In this document: positions 63,232 to 64,000 of the stretch, piece by piece
Layout: every line of letters begins with the position of its first letter
Position numbering within the stretch: the stretch's first letter is position 1
From: Elephas maximus
Taxonomy: Eukaryota
Length of the DNA: 64,000 nt
Direction: 5' to 3'
Assembly (NCBI RefSeq): GCF_024166365.1
Contig: NC_064830.1
Location: 89,204,968-89,268,967 of the forward strand
Notes under the pieces: generated by a model
Told to the model about the DNA's origin: nothing
Database searches by the model: none
The model's input: the letters and a program-made list of their open reading frames with translations, nothing else
Position numbers and translations under genes: made by a program

Positions 63232-64000
63232 AATGTTGTTGTTGTTAGGTGCCGTCAAATCAGTTCCAACTCTTAGCAACCACACAAGCAACAGAACGAA
63301 ACACTGTCCGGTCCTGTGCCATCCTCACAATCATTGTTGTTTGAACTCATTGTTGCAGCCACTGTATCAATTCATCTCATCAAAGGCCTTTCTCTTTTTC
63401 ACTGACCCTCTGCTTTACCAAGCACGATGTCCTTCTCCAGGGACTGGTCCCTCCTCATAATATGTGCAAATTATGTGAGACGAAGTCTTGCCATCCTTGC
63501 TTCTAATGACCACACTGGCTGTATTTCTTCCAAGGCAGACTTGTTCTTTTGGCAATCCATGGAATATTCAATGTTCTTTGCCAACATCATAATTCAAAGG
63601 TATCAATTCTCCTTTGGTCTTCTTTTATTCATTGGAGGTTTCCCATGCATATGAGATGACTGAAAAATGTCATAAATTGGGACCAGGTACACCTGAGTCC
63701 TCAAAGTGACATCTTTGCTTTTTAACACTTTAAAGAGGCCTTTTGCAGTAGATTTGCCCAGTGCAATACAGCATTTGAGTTCCTGACTGCTGCTTCCATG
63801 GGCATTGATTGTGGATCCAAGTAAAATGAAATCCTTGACAGTGTCAATCTTTTCTCCATTTATCATGATGTTGCTTATTAGTCCAGTTGTGAGAATTTTT
63901 TGTTTTCTTGATATTGTGGTGTAATCGACAATAAAAAATCATCTACTGATGAAAATCAAAGACTACAGTCTTCCTCCAATCCTGATGCCGTGTTCTTCAT
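63232..64000 (-). mobile_element. RTE 3' end, minus orientation, running to the window edge. It starts with the (GTT)n complement of the element's (CAA)n tail.
   Basis: Minus-strand ORFs 63603..63866 and others carry MINGEKIDTVKDFILLGSTINAHGSSSQELK. Same structure as 50382-50470. Confidence 0.75.

Noticed and set aside
46200-64000. Search for KCTD13 or any other gene in the distal 18 kb
   Set aside because: Only L1, RTE and SINE-derived ORFs were found, and no KCTD13-like (BTB domain) translation in any frame. The next gene is presumably beyond the window.

Overview
This window is mammalian nuclear DNA, almost certainly from an afrotherian, elephant-like genome. The lineage call rests on about a dozen AfroSINE copies, several BovB/RTE1 retrotransposon fragments, GT-AG introns, CpG-island promoters and AATAAA signals. 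It is the orthologue of the human 16p11.2 block, reverse-complemented relative to the human reference: the DOC2A/INO80E 3' end, then INO80E (- strand, 6 coding exons), HIRIP3 (+ strand, 7 coding exons), TAOK2 (- strand, 18 coding exons plus an alternative long terminal exon) and TMEM219 (- strand, 4 coding exons). INO80E and HIRIP3 share a bidirectional CpG-island promoter with YY1 and CRE motifs. HIRIP3 and TAOK2 are tail-to-tail. The last ~18 kb (46.2-64 kb) is repeat-rich intergenic DNA (L1, RTE, AfroSINE, a MER-type repeat) in which I could not support any gene. Gene identities rest on translating the supplied ORFs, reconstructing splice junctions by hand, and recalling the human protein sequences. 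Exon coordinates should be treated as +/- 1-2 nt. There are no prokaryotic features, no CRISPR and no rRNA/tRNA genes, and I found no convincing undescribed system. The most notable observations are an apparent 1-nt frameshift in a TAOK2 coding exon, a lineage-specific 30-bp coding minisatellite in HIRIP3, a ~29-bp tandem repeat array inside the TAOK2 5' CpG island, and several structural oddities in the repeat cluster.
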